Source of the DNA: Planctomicrobium piriforme
GTDB taxonomy: Bacteria; Planctomycetota; Planctomycetia; Pirellulales; UBA1268
Length of the DNA stretch: 64,000 nt
NCBI GenBank assembly: GCA_945871035.1
Contig: CAMBUD010000005.1
Coordinates: 2,743 to 66,742, forward strand
Direction: 5' to 3'
A model generated the notes under the pieces. It ran no database searches. It was not told where the DNA came from and was given only the letters and a program-made list of their open reading frames with translations. The position numbers and the translations under genes are program-made. Shown one piece after another: positions 37,405 to 47,556 of the stretch; positions within the stretch are counted from its first letter, which is position 1; every line of letters begins with the position of its first letter.

Positions 37405-38397
37405 ATGACACCGCAAACTGCTTCCGCCCCCAAAAAATCTCCTGAAAAAAGCAATCGGCACACTCATTCTCAGAGTCATCATGCCGCGGTAGATGGTGCC
37501 GGCCAGAATGCTCACCACCTTCCAACTCATGAAAAGAAAGCAGCGTGGTTGGATCTGGATTGGCCCAGTGTGATCTGGATCGGTGGCATTCATCTGATGG
37601 CGTTAGCAGCGCCGTTTTATTTTACTTGGTCTGGACTGGCTATTTGCGCGGTTCTCTGCTGGGTGACCGGTGGCCTCGGTGTTTGCCTCGGCTATCATCG
37701 ATTGCTCACGCATAGCAGTTTTTCAACATGGCCTGCAGTCAGACTGTTCTACGCATTTCTCGGCGGCATCTCCGGCGAGGGCTCGGCTTTGGTATGGGTG
37801 GCGAATCATCGCAAGCATCACGCCTTCAGCGATAAGGAGGGTGATCCGCATACGCCACGCGACGGAGGTGTTTGGAGCCACATTCTCTGGCTTTTTCCAG
37901 CGCATTCAAACCAAGAGGTTATGGATCGCGTCAAGCGTTGGGCTCCCGATCTCGAAAAAGACCGCGGCATTCGTATTCTTCACCAGACATTTTTACTCTG
38001 GCACTTCCTCATTGGTGGAACCCTGCTTGCCAGTGGGTGGATGCTTTATGGACAGACCACTGGCATATCGTGGTTGGTCTGGGGGCTATCCGTACGAATG
38101 CTGTACGTTTTTCATGTCACTTGGTTTGTTAATTCGGCCACACACATCTGGGGCTACCGCAACTATCCCACAGACGACGATTCAAAAAATCTGTGGTGGG
38201 TTGGTTTGTTGGCTTTTGGTGAGGGTTGGCACAACAATCACCACGCTTATCAGCGCATGGCAAAACACGGCCACCGCTGGTGGGAGATCGATGTGACCTA
38301 CTGGGCGATTTTGGCGATGGAACGAATGGGCCTCGCTTGGAATGTGGTCCACACGCCTCATGGTATTGGCCGCCAAGAGACCCGCCCAGCCGGTTGA
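37405..38397 (+). CDS. Acyl-CoA/acyl-lipid delta-9 fatty acid desaturase
   Basis: His boxes YHRLLTH, HRKHH and GEGWHNNHH; FVNSATH. Confidence 0.93.
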   Translation: MTPQTASAPKKSPEKSNRHTHSQSHHAAVDGAGQNAHHLPTHEKKAAWLDLDWPSVIWIGGIHLMALAAPFYFTWSGLAICAVLCWVTGGLGVCLGYHRLLTHSSFSTWPAVRLFYAFLGGISGEGSALVWVANHRKHHAFSDKEGDPHTPRDGGVWSHILWLFPAHSNQEVMDRVKRWAPDLEKDRGIRILHQTFLLWHFLIGGTLLASGWMLYGQTTGISWLVWGLSVRMLYVFHVTWFVNSATHIWGYRNYPTDDDSKNLWWVGLLAFGEGWHNNHHAYQRMAKHGHRWWEIDVTYWAILAMERMGLAWNVVHTPHGIGRQETRPAG

Positions 38398-38454
38398 GTT
38401 GGCTCGAGTTGGCTGATGTGAGGCCGATCTCAGCGGGGAGTTAGCCAGCGTCGG

Positions 38455-38482
38455 TTGCAATTCGGCCCTCTGCCGATAAACT
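38455..38482 (+). promoter_or_regulatory. Putative sigma-70 promoter of rpsO-pnp
   Basis: TTGCAA-16 nt-TAAACT. Confidence 0.55.
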
Positions 38483-38486
38483 TTGT

Positions 38487-38605
38487 CTCACGCACGCCGG
38501 GACGGACCCGGCGGCTCGAATCCTTCAGGCATTTGAACACTGTAAAAAGGATGGCGTGTGAGTTGGAGGCCCTTTGGCACACCAATCCACTGACCTCCCT
38601 TTTGT
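38487..38605 (+). promoter_or_regulatory. Structured rpsO 5' leader (candidate S15 autoregulatory element)
   Basis: Outer stem CTCACGC/GTGTGAG enclosing hairpins CGCCGGG/CCCGGCG and ATCCTT/AAGGAT; then a GGAGG/CCTCC hairpin. Confidence 0.5.
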
Positions 38606-38659
38606 CGGCTTGTTGTCTGTCACTTTTCAGGTCGCTCCTCCGAGGGCGTTAATTGGCTG

Positions 38660-38929
38660 ATGTCGCTTACGAAATCACGAAAAACAGAATTAATCGGCGC
38701 CTACAGGCGAGGAGTTGCTGATTCAGGATCAGCAGAAGTCCAAATCGCCCTCCTCTCCGGTCGCATATCGGAGCTAACGGGTCACTTTAAAAAGCACACC
38801 AAGGATTTCGCCAGCCGGCGAGGTTTGCTCATGATGGTGAGCCGTCGCCGACGACTTCTGGATTTTCTCAAGCGCGTTGCGCCGCAGCGCTATCTTGACA
38901 TCATCAAGCGTTTGGAGATTCGTAAGTAA
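38660..38929 (+). CDS. rpsO: 30S ribosomal protein S15
   Basis: DSGSAEVQIALL, HTKDFASRRGLL, 89 aa, upstream of pnp. Confidence 0.98.
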   Translation: MSLTKSRKTELIGAYRRGVADSGSAEVQIALLSGRISELTGHFKKHTKDFASRRGLLMMVSRRRRLLDFLKRVAPQRYLDIIKRLEIRK

Positions 38930-39164
38930 TAACTAGCGAGGAATGAGTGCCGTGTTGATCGGCGTGTGTGAATGATTGGTTGGGCTCCTCTGACAAACCG
39001 GTTGCATCCGGTTCTCGCAGTTCACCTGCACGAGAGAGAGGCGGGCTCAAGCCTTGGTGCCGCTAGGCAGTTTGTCTAATGGCATCGATTAAAAGACCCG
39101 GATCCCTTCGATCTTCATCGAAGGTTTTCTCCGGGGCATGACGTGAATGAAGGGGAGAAAAACT

Positions 39165-41288
39165 GTGAAAGTTCGTGTTGAAAGAAAAATTGGCGAGCAT
39201 GTCCTCAGCATTGAGACCGGCGTTTTGGCCAAGCAGGCAGCGGGCAGCGTGCTCGTGCAATATGGAGAGACAAGCGTCATTGTGGCGGCAGCCACCGGCG
39301 CCCCGCGGTTAGGCATCGATTTTTTTCCACTCACGTGTGACTATCGCGAACGATCGGCCGCAACGGGTAAGTTTCCCGGCGGGTTTCTCAAGCGTGAGGG
39401 ACGACCGACCATGAAGGAAATCCTCACCAGTCGGCTCATGGATCGCCCCATTCGCCCACTGTTTCCCGATGGATTCTTCGACGAAGTTCAGATTCAAGCA
39501 TCGGTGCTATCGAGCGATCGCCAGAATGATGGCGACATTCTCGCCATGGTTGGCGCTTCCGCAGCGCTGTGTATTTCTCCGCTGCCATTTCGCGGACCGC
39601 TCGGAAGCGTGCGGTTAGCACAGGTGAAAGGTCAGTTCATCCCCTTTCCTACGCAGGATCAACTTGAGGAGAGCGATCTTGATCTGATCGTCTCCGGCAG
39701 CACTTCCGCTGTCTTAATGATCGAAGGCTTTGCACGCGAGATGCCTGAGGATCGGATGTTTCAGGCGATTGAGGAGGCGCATCGCATCATTCGACTCCTT
39801 TGCGAAATGCAACTTGAACTGATCGAGAAGGCCGGCAAGCCAAAAAAGGAATATGTGCTCGTCGACTACAAGCCGCTGCGTGATCGTTTGATCGCCGGTT
39901 ATCTGGCCGAACTCAAGGTCGCGAAAGCGATCCTCGTCAAGCACGATCGCGGACAGGCTGTCAAAGCCTTGCGCGAGCGAGCCAAGATCGATGTTGTATC
40001 GCCACAGGTCGCTGGTGGGGCGGCTAATGGTTTTAGTGAGCCCGACTTCGTGCATGTTTGGCATGCTCTTGAGGAGCAGGCTGTGCGCGAATTGATTCTG
40101 GCTGGCACGCGTCCTGATGGCCGCGACCACACCACTCTGCGGCCCATTCACTGCGAGGTTGATCTGCTGCCACGCGTGCACGGTTCGGCACTCTTTCAGC
40201 GTGGTGAAACCCAGGCTCTGATCACCGTTGTGCTCGGAACCGGCAAGGACGAACAACGCGTTGACGGTTTGTTGGAAGAGTATTCGAAGAAATTCATGCT
40301 CGATTACTACTTTCCTTCATTTTCGGTCGGTGAGGTTCGCCCAATACGCGGCCCCGGTCGCCGAGAAATTGGCCACGGAGCACTGGCGGAACGGAGCATT
40401 AAGCCCGTTCTTCCAGATCCCGATCTCTTCCCGTACACAATCCGTGTACTATCCGACATTCTGGAGTCGAATGGTTCGAGTTCCATGGCTTCTGTTTGCG
40501 GCGCTACGCTCGGCTTGATGGCTGCTGGCGTACCTATCTCAAATCCAGTTGCTGGCATTTCTGTGGGACTTGTCAAGCAATCTGAAAGCCAGTGGGTGCT
40601 GCTCACCGATATCCTTGGTGACGAAGATCACTACGGCGACATGGACTTTAAGATTGCCGGTTCTCAAACTGGCATCACCGGCATCCAACTTGACCTCAAG
40701 ATCGATGGCATTTCACCGGCGATCATCGAGGCCACTCTGCGTCAGTCGCGAGAAGCACGGCTTGAGATTCTGCGTGCCATGCTATCGGCCATCGGTCGGC
40801 CGCGAGCGGAGATTTCGATCTGGGCACCGCGTTTGTTGAGAACCCATATCGACCCCGAGAAGATCGGTCTACTCATTGGCCCAGGTGGCAAAACGATTCG
40901 TGCTATTCAGGAATCGACGGGCGCCAGCATCGAGGTCGAGGACGACGGCACAGTGACGGTTGCCAGCCACGATGCCGAAGGGGCAACCGCTGCTCTCGCC
41001 AAGATCGAGGCTTTGACGGCCTCGATTCAAGTCGGCCGAATCTACGAAGGACGCGTGACAAGCATCAAGGATTTTGGAGCATTCATAGAATTGGTGCCGG
41101 GTAAAGACGGCCTCTGCCACGTCAGCGAACTCTCTGATGAGTACGTTTCCAGTGTTGCAGACGTCTGTAAAGTAGGTGATGTCATGCGAGTGAAGGTGAT
41201 TGCGGTCGACGATCAAGACCGAGTCAAACTCAGCCGCCGTGCTGCGATGCGTGAATTAGCCGAGAGTAGTAATCCGATTCCTTCCTAA
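39165..41288 (+). CDS. pnp: Polyribonucleotide nucleotidyltransferase (PNPase)
   Basis: DFFPLT, DRPIRPLF, HGSALFQRGETQ, RREIGHG, ESNGSSSMAS, GDMDFK, KH and S1 domains; GTG start after GGGGAG. Confidence 0.98.
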   Translation: MKVRVERKIGEHVLSIETGVLAKQAAGSVLVQYGETSVIVAAATGAPRLGIDFFPLTCDYRERSAATGKFPGGFLKREGRPTMKEILTSRLMDRPIRPLFPDGFFDEVQIQASVLSSDRQNDGDILAMVGASAALCISPLPFRGPLGSVRLAQVKGQFIPFPTQDQLEESDLDLIVSGSTSAVLMIEGFAREMPEDRMFQAIEEAHRIIRLLCEMQLELIEKAGKPKKEYVLVDYKPLRDRLIAGYLAELKVAKAILVKHDRGQAVKALRERAKIDVVSPQVAGGAANGFSEPDFVHVWHALEEQAVRELILAGTRPDGRDHTTLRPIHCEVDLLPRVHGSALFQRGETQALITVVLGTGKDEQRVDGLLEEYSKKFMLDYYFPSFSVGEVRPIRGPGRREIGHGALAERSIKPVLPDPDLFPYTIRVLSDILESNGSSSMASVCGATLGLMAAGVPISNPVAGISVGLVKQSESQWVLLTDILGDEDHYGDMDFKIAGSQTGITGIQLDLKIDGISPAIIEATLRQSREARLEILRAMLSAIGRPRAEISIWAPRLLRTHIDPEKIGLLIGPGGKTIRAIQESTGASIEVEDDGTVTVASHDAEGATAALAKIEALTASIQVGRIYEGRVTSIKDFGAFIELVPGKDGLCHVSELSDEYVSSVADVCKVGDVMRVKVIAVDDQDRVKLSRRAAMRELAESSNPIPS

Positions 41289-41326
41289 AAGATCTACTGC
41301 GTCATCGAACAGCCCTTGAGTCGGAA

Positions 41327-42100
41327 ATGGCCATGTCGCCTGCTGACGAGTCTGTTTTTCTTCGCGCAGAAACCTATCCGGAGGTTGTGGCTCTTGTGGC
41401 TGCGCTGGCCCACGAGATCCGCAATCCACTCTCCACGATACGGCTCAACATGGAGCTTCTGGCGGAGGACTTTGACAATACTGAGCCCGTTTCTCAGACC
41501 AAGCAACGGGATCGAAGGGCCAAGGCCAAGATCGATTTAGTCCGGCAGGAATGCGATCGTCTGCAAAAGCTCCTTGGTGATTTTCTCGATTTTGCTCGCC
41601 AAGAATTGTTGAACCTTGAACCGGGGAGCCTGAATTCAGAGATTGAGCAGCTGCTCAATTTTTTTTCACTGCAGGCAGAAGATGCTGGTGTTGAAATCGT
41701 TTGCTATCTCGATGCTGAACTGCCAATGTTACGGCTCGACCGTGAGACGTTGCGCTCGGCGCTGCTCAACCTATTGATCAACGCAGTACAAGCAATGGAT
41801 GGTGGCGGTCAACTGGTCGTGCGCACAAGACCCTCAGGACTGGGCGTTGTACTGGAGCTGATTGATACCGGACCGGGCATGAACGAAGATACGCTCGCGA
41901 AGGCTTTTCGAGCTTTCTATACAACAAAACAGGGTGGTTCTGGGCTGGGGCTGCCAACGGCACGAAAAATCATTGAGGCGCATGCTGGCACGATTGACAT
42001 TGAAAGTGCACCCGGTCGTGGCACCAAGGTTGCAATCTGGCTGCCGGCGCCGCCGCGTTTACCCACGACCGACAAAACACCAACAAAAATGATCTCCTAG
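41327..42100 (+). CDS. Two-component histidine kinase without a sensor domain
   Basis: H-box LAHEIRNPL at about residue 28, [29 protein letters not shown]. Confidence 0.92.
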   Translation: MAMSPADESVFLRAETYPEVVALVAALAHEIRNPLSTIRLNMELLAEDFDNTEPVSQTKQRDRRAKAKIDLVRQECDRLQKLLGDFLDFARQELLNLEPGSLNSEIEQLLNFFSLQAEDAGVEIVCYLDAELPMLRLDRETLRSALLNLLINAVQAMDGGGQLVVRTRPSGLGVVLELIDTGPGMNEDTLAKAFRAFYTTKQGGSGLGLPTARKIIEAHAGTIDIESAPGRGTKVAIWLPAPPRLPTTDKTPTKMIS

Positions 42101-42158
42101 TGTGCGGTCGATAAACGCAACTGGACGCACTACCGCACGGCTTCGTACCATCCAAACC

Positions 42159-43598
42159 ATGTCACAACTCCGAGAATCCCAGCCGTCGCAAGATCCCTCC
42201 GCCCCAGAACCTGGCTCCCAAGGTCTTGTGCGCGTGCTTGTGATCGACAATGACATCGTGCACGCTCGCACAATGGGTGAGGGCCTCGGTCGCCTTGGCT
42301 ACCAATGCGTGGTGGCGGGCAGTGGCGCGGAGGGATCGCAGCATATTGAACAAGAATTATTTGATGTCATTGTTACTGACCTGATGATGAATGACATCGG
42401 AGGGCTAGAGATTCTCGCTCATGCCAAGCGCGTTTCTGTAGAAACAGAGGTCATTGTTGTCACCGGGCACGGCACAGTTGCCTCGGCTGTTTCTGCGATG
42501 CAGCAAGGAGCTTTTACGTATCTGCAAAAGCCTCTTGATCTTGGTCATCTACGGACGGCTGTGAAAAAAGCCTCGGAGGCAATCCGGCTCAAGCGACAAA
42601 ACTTTGAACTCAACCGACGGCTGGATGAAAAGTTTGGTTTTGAAGGCGTTGTGGGATCGAGCCAGCAAATGCTTGGGCTCATCGAGCGACTCAAACGCAT
42701 TGCGCCGACAGACGCTACGGCCCTCATTCAAGGAGAAACTGGCACGGGCAAAGAGCTCGTGGCACAGGCGATCCATCAAAATAGCCCACGCAAAAGCAAG
42801 CCATTTGTTGCACTCAACTGTGCGGCATTGAGCGAGAACATCCTGGAGAGCGAGTTGTTTGGGCACGTGCGCGGTGCATTCACTGATGCCTCCAACGATC
42901 GCATGGGGAAATTTGAGTACGCCAATGGGGGCACGCTTTTCTTAGATGAGGTCGGCGACATGCCGATGGCAACGCAAATTAAACTGCTGCGAGTGTTAGA
43001 GTCTGGGGAGATTACGCGAGTCGGATCCAACACACCTACTCGAGTGAATGTGCGGATTCTGTCGGCCACTAATCGCAATCTCGAAGAGGCTGTTGCTGCG
43101 GGTATCTTTCGCAGCGACCTCTACCACCGTTTGAAAGTGATAACAATCGTAATCCCAACGCTCACTGAACGAGCCGCTGATATCCCGCTTTTAATTGAGC
43201 ATTTTGTCAAGCATTTCTCCAAGCGGCACAACAAATCGATCAAAGGAATGTCCGTAGCCGTTCGCATGAAGCTTGGGGCTTACCAGTGGCCTGGTAACGT
43301 GCGACAACTTCGAAATGTTATCGAGAGCATGGTCGTCGTTGACTGCGACGAGACGCTGGATGTGGATGACTTGCCTCTTGAACTCGAGCCACTCATAGCC
43401 CATCCGTTGACGGCTGAAACAGGCAGCCTACAGGGCAGCTTATTAGCGCTGGTGGGCAGGCCATTGGAGGAACTGGAAAAAATGTTTATCGGTGAAACGC
43501 TTAAGCTAACTGGTGGGAATCGCGAGCAGGCGGCTGAGTTGCTCGGGATCGGCGAGCGAACGCTCTATCGCAAGATTAAGGAATTTCAGCTCTCCTAA
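42159..43598 (+). CDS. Sigma-54-dependent response regulator (NtrC/AtoC/ZraR family)
   Basis: Receiver (VTDLMM), [36 protein letters not shown], Fis-type HTH. Confidence 0.93.
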   Translation: MSQLRESQPSQDPSAPEPGSQGLVRVLVIDNDIVHARTMGEGLGRLGYQCVVAGSGAEGSQHIEQELFDVIVTDLMMNDIGGLEILAHAKRVSVETEVIVVTGHGTVASAVSAMQQGAFTYLQKPLDLGHLRTAVKKASEAIRLKRQNFELNRRLDEKFGFEGVVGSSQQMLGLIERLKRIAPTDATALIQGETGTGKELVAQAIHQNSPRKSKPFVALNCAALSENILESELFGHVRGAFTDASNDRMGKFEYANGGTLFLDEVGDMPMATQIKLLRVLESGEITRVGSNTPTRVNVRILSATNRNLEEAVAAGIFRSDLYHRLKVITIVIPTLTERAADIPLLIEHFVKHFSKRHNKSIKGMSVAVRMKLGAYQWPGNVRQLRNVIESMVVVDCDETLDVDDLPLELEPLIAHPLTAETGSLQGSLLALVGRPLEELEKMFIGETLKLTGGNREQAAELLGIGERTLYRKIKEFQLS

Positions 43599-43650
43599 TG
43601 CTCGTGTCCACGAGCGGGGTCCTGTGTCGCACCCAACAGAAAGAAAAGGC

Positions 43651-45408
43651 ATGGCACGGATCGAGAAACTGTCGGCGTCTGTAGTCAATCGCATTGCTGC
43701 GGGGGAGGTCGTCGAACGCCCAGCGAGCGTTGTCAAGGAGCTTTTAGAAAATGCCCTTGATTCTATGCCCACGCGAATCGATCTCGCCTTAGAACAGGGC
43801 GGCATCGCACTGGTACGAGTCGTTGATAATGGCGGAGGGATTGAGCCGGAAGATCTACAACTCGCTGTTGCGCCGCATGCGACAAGCAAACTGCGCATCG
43901 CCGAGGATCTTGAGCGAATCAACACGCTTGGATTTCGCGGCGAAGCTCTGGCATCAATCGGCGAGGTGGCCCGGCTTATCATTCAATCACGCCCGCCAGA
44001 TGGGAGTGGCGCATCGATTGAGGTGGATCGTGGCCAGGTTGGGGAAGTCACGCCATGCGGGGGCGGCGTTGGCACTGTTGTGGAGGTGCATCAACTCTTT
44101 TCTAACGTGCCTGCAAGGCGAGCTTTTCTGCGGGCCGCCTCAACCGAGTGGTCGCATTCCTCAGAAGCATTCGTACGAACCGCCTTGGCCCACCCAGCAG
44201 TTGCGTTCTCGCTGACCCACAATGGTCGCTGCGTGCATGAACTGCCTGTAGCCGCTACCTGGCGAATACGGATTGGTGGCCTCTTCGGAACAGCACTGAG
44301 CGACAACCTGATTGAGGTCGAAGCCAGTGACGGAGAGATTGCTCTGCACGGTCTTGTGAGCCGGCCTGAGAACGACATGGCCAGCAGTCGCATGCAGCAT
44401 CTCTTTGTTTCGGGGCGACCGTTTCGTGACCGCTCAATCCTGCATGCGGTGCAGGAAGCCTACCGCGGTGTGCTTTTGTCGGGACGACAACCCATCGTGT
44501 TTCTCCGCTTCACACTGCCGGCAGATATGGTCGATGTAAACGTTCACCCCGCTAAAATGGAAGTACGATTCCGCGAGCCATCACGGCTGTACCGTCTCGT
44601 GCTTTCAGCACTGCGCACACAATTTCTCTCCAGCGACATGCGTACGCATCTCAAGCCGCCGACGGGTGTGGCGACTGCCCCGTGGTTTGGCTCACCTCAA
44701 GCTGCTGGCTCACAGACGGCAGCTGATTTTTCTACTAGCTTGTTTTCCGCTGCCGATGTTTCCTTCTCCGGCGCGACCTCATTGAGAGCAGATCCAGCCT
44801 GGGAACAGCGGTGTACAGCGCCCGAAGCCTCTCGAGACGCCGAGCTGGCCGTGCAGATGCACGATCGCTACATCATCGTTGAGAGCGACGCAGGCATCGA
44901 GGTGATTGATCAGCATGCTCTTCACGAACGAGTGCTGTACGAGCAACTGAAGTCCTCCCTGGCAGACGGTGTCCTTGAGGTGCAGCCCCTACTGATTCCC
45001 GAAAGGATCGACCTCACACCGGCTGAAATCGAATTGCTCACCGAACACTCCGCCACGCTAGCCCAGGCAGGCATGCGGGTGGAGCCTTTCGGCGGCCCCA
45101 CTGTCATTGTCACATCAAAGCCTGTATTGGCCGGCAGCACGCCGGCGGCGGCCATTGTGCACGAGGTGCTCGATCGACTTTCGTCCTCATCCGCACAAGC
45201 GAGCAAAGCAATGCTGATCGATGAGGTTTTGCACAGCTTAGCTTGTCGTGCTGCCATTAAGGCTGGTGATGCACTGTCACAAACTGAAGTCGATGCACTG
45301 GTGCGTGGCAGGCATACGGTGCACAATTCCCATCACTGTCCACATGGCCGGCCAACCATCCTGACGCTTTCACGCCAAGAACTGGATCGTCAGTTTCGCC
45401 GGACTTAA
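43651..45408 (+). CDS. mutL: DNA mismatch repair endonuclease MutL
   Basis: IAAGEVVERPASVVKEL, GFRGEAL, DVNVHPAK, DQHALHER, ACRAAIK, CPHGRP. Confidence 0.96.
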   Translation: MARIEKLSASVVNRIAAGEVVERPASVVKELLENALDSMPTRIDLALEQGGIALVRVVDNGGGIEPEDLQLAVAPHATSKLRIAEDLERINTLGFRGEALASIGEVARLIIQSRPPDGSGASIEVDRGQVGEVTPCGGGVGTVVEVHQLFSNVPARRAFLRAASTEWSHSSEAFVRTALAHPAVAFSLTHNGRCVHELPVAATWRIRIGGLFGTALSDNLIEVEASDGEIALHGLVSRPENDMASSRMQHLFVSGRPFRDRSILHAVQEAYRGVLLSGRQPIVFLRFTLPADMVDVNVHPAKMEVRFREPSRLYRLVLSALRTQFLSSDMRTHLKPPTGVATAPWFGSPQAAGSQTAADFSTSLFSAADVSFSGATSLRADPAWEQRCTAPEASRDAELAVQMHDRYIIVESDAGIEVIDQHALHERVLYEQLKSSLADGVLEVQPLLIPERIDLTPAEIELLTEHSATLAQAGMRVEPFGGPTVIVTSKPVLAGSTPAAAIVHEVLDRLSSSSAQASKAMLIDEVLHSLACRAAIKAGDALSQTEVDALVRGRHTVHNSHHCPHGRPTILTLSRQELDRQFRRT

Positions 45409-45435
45409 AGAAATCGTTTTCCTGGGGAGACTACC

Positions 45436-46935
45436 ATGATCTGCGTCAGCATTGGACGAGGACGCCACCGGCACGTAATTGCTGAGCACAAGCATCTGGC
45501 CGAAAACAATATTCGCCTTGTCGAACTGCGGCTGGACTACATCCAAGGCACGGTGGGGGTCAAGCGATTACTCAAAGACCGTCCCTGCCCAGTGATTATC
45601 ACATGCCGAAGAGGCATCGATGGTGGACGGTGGGGTGGATCAGAAGAAGCACGTTTGATGTTGCTGCGCACAGCAATCGCTGAAGAAGCTGATTATGTCG
45701 ATCTCGAGGACGACGTCGCCGTCACCATTCGACGCTATGGAAAAACAAAACGCATTGTCAGCCATCACGATTTTCACAAGACACCCTCCGATTTAACTGC
45801 TCTCCATAAAAAACTCGCCTCGATGGATGCCGATGTCGTCAAGATTGCCACGATGGCCAATCATCCAACCGACAATTTACGGATGCTCGAGATGGTTCGA
45901 GTCAGCAAAATTCCAACGGTGGGTATTTGTATGGGCGACATCGGTACGCCAACGCGGATATTGAGCGGCCGGGCTGGATCGCCCTTTACATACGCAACAT
46001 TTCAGGATGATCGTGTGCTTGCCCCCGGTCAGATTGGCTGGCAGCGGATGCGTGATGTTTATCGCTACAACAGCATTTCACCCACAACAAAGATTTACGG
46101 CGTGGTCGCTGATCCTGTGGGACACAGCCTCAGTCCCGTTGTGCACAATGCAGCCTTGACGGCCAATAACATTGATGCCGTCTACCTGCCCTTTCGTGTT
46201 CCTGCCGATCAGTTTGATGAATTCATAGCAATGGCTGACCGCTGGCCGTTGGCAGGTTTGAGTGTAACCATTCCCCATAAGGAGTCGGTGCTGCACCATG
46301 TTACGTCCATGGACGATCTGGTTAAGGATCTCGGTGCAGCTAACACCCTCCTCTTCGGTCCCTCGGGCGTGGCTGCCTACAACACCGACACAAAGGCGGC
46401 TGTAGACAGCTTGGCGGCGGTTCTGCTCGATAAAGAAAACCAGACGTTAAATCCTGGCATTGGCGTGAAAACAGCCCTCGTGTTGGGAGCAGGTGGAGCC
46501 GCACGAGCCGTCGCTTTAGGACTCAAAAAATGCGGCGTCGATGTGACCGTTTCATCACGAACATTTGATCGCGCAAAAAAGATTGGTCTCGACATGAATT
46601 GCAAGGCCGTCGAATGGAACTCTCGCTATCGCCTTCCGTATGACTGCATCGTGAATGCAACGCCGATCGGCATGCACCCCAACGTCGATGAAACTCCTTT
46701 CGACAAAGAGCACCTGCGGCCCTATATGGTCGTTTTTGACACTGTTTACAACCCAGAAAATACACTCCTTGTCAAAGAGGCACGACTGATTGGCTGTTCC
46801 ATCGTGACGGGCGTAGATATGTTTGTTAGGCAAGCTTCAAGCCAGTTCGCGATCTGGCACAACTGCGATGCTTCACAACAGTCGATGCACGATGCGCTCA
46901 AACGGGCAACGGCTTCTGCTAAACAGCCGGTCTAG
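45436..46935 (+). CDS. aroE: Bifunctional type I 3-dehydroquinate dehydratase / shikimate dehydrogenase
   Basis: N-half VELRLD, VSHHDF, VVKIA, APGQ; C-half HSLSP, SVTIPHKE, NTD, LGAGGAARA, NATPIGM, DTVYNP. Confidence 0.92.
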   Translation: MICVSIGRGRHRHVIAEHKHLAENNIRLVELRLDYIQGTVGVKRLLKDRPCPVIITCRRGIDGGRWGGSEEARLMLLRTAIAEEADYVDLEDDVAVTIRRYGKTKRIVSHHDFHKTPSDLTALHKKLASMDADVVKIATMANHPTDNLRMLEMVRVSKIPTVGICMGDIGTPTRILSGRAGSPFTYATFQDDRVLAPGQIGWQRMRDVYRYNSISPTTKIYGVVADPVGHSLSPVVHNAALTANNIDAVYLPFRVPADQFDEFIAMADRWPLAGLSVTIPHKESVLHHVTSMDDLVKDLGAANTLLFGPSGVAAYNTDTKAAVDSLAAVLLDKENQTLNPGIGVKTALVLGAGGAARAVALGLKKCGVDVTVSSRTFDRAKKIGLDMNCKAVEWNSRYRLPYDCIVNATPIGMHPNVDETPFDKEHLRPYMVVFDTVYNPENTLLVKEARLIGCSIVTGVDMFVRQASSQFAIWHNCDASQQSMHDALKRATASAKQPV

Positions 46936-46989
46936 TGTTCCCCTCTATCTCATTGTTCTATCCATTCAATTCGCACAGCGATTCAGTAC

Positions 46990-47556
46990 ATGCCACGCAT
47001 TACTCTCATTGGCTATAGGGGTACAGGAAAGTCGACTGTGGCCGCGATTGTGTCGCAGGCACTTGAAATGCCTTGGCGAGACGCCGACCTCGTGCTTGAA
47101 AACAAGCTGGGCTGTTCAATCGCCCAACTCATTCGTGATCGTGGCGAAGATGTTTTTCGGGATGAGGAGTCGGCTGTTCTCGTGGAATTGCTGGCCGAGT
47201 GTAACAGCGTGCTGGCCACCGGTGGTGGCGTAGTACTCCGGAAATGCAACCGTGACATGCTCTCTAGGCAAGGCCGGCCGACTGTCTGGCTCAACGCATC
47301 GGCCCCCGTTGTGCGCAACCGCTTATCTCTCGATCCAACTACATCCCAGCGCCGACCGGCCCTGTCGGGCGTTGATCCACTTGCTGAGGTGACCCAAACT
47401 CTGCTCGATCGAGCACCGCTCTATCACGAGTGTGCTGATTTTGTTGTCGATACCGCAGAGTCCTCCGCGCAGCAGGTGGCAGATGAAATCGTTGCCTGGC
47501 TCACGACCCAGTGGCCGGCCATGGTGGCCAACAGTCTGCGGGATTTAACCCCATGA
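46990..47556 (+). CDS. aroK: Shikimate kinase
   Basis: LIGYRGTGKST, GEDVFRDEE, ATGGGVV, RAPLY. Confidence 0.93.
   Translation: MPRITLIGYRGTGKSTVAAIVSQALEMPWRDADLVLENKLGCSIAQLIRDRGEDVFRDEESAVLVELLAECNSVLATGGGVVLRKCNRDMLSRQGRPTVWLNASAPVVRNRLSLDPTTSQRRPALSGVDPLAEVTQTLLDRAPLYHECADFVVDTAESSAQQVADEIVAWLTTQWPAMVANSLRDLTP

Noticed and set aside
38574-38590. TTGGCAC as a sigma-54 -24 box
   Set aside because: No TTGC at the -12 position; lies within a leader hairpin.
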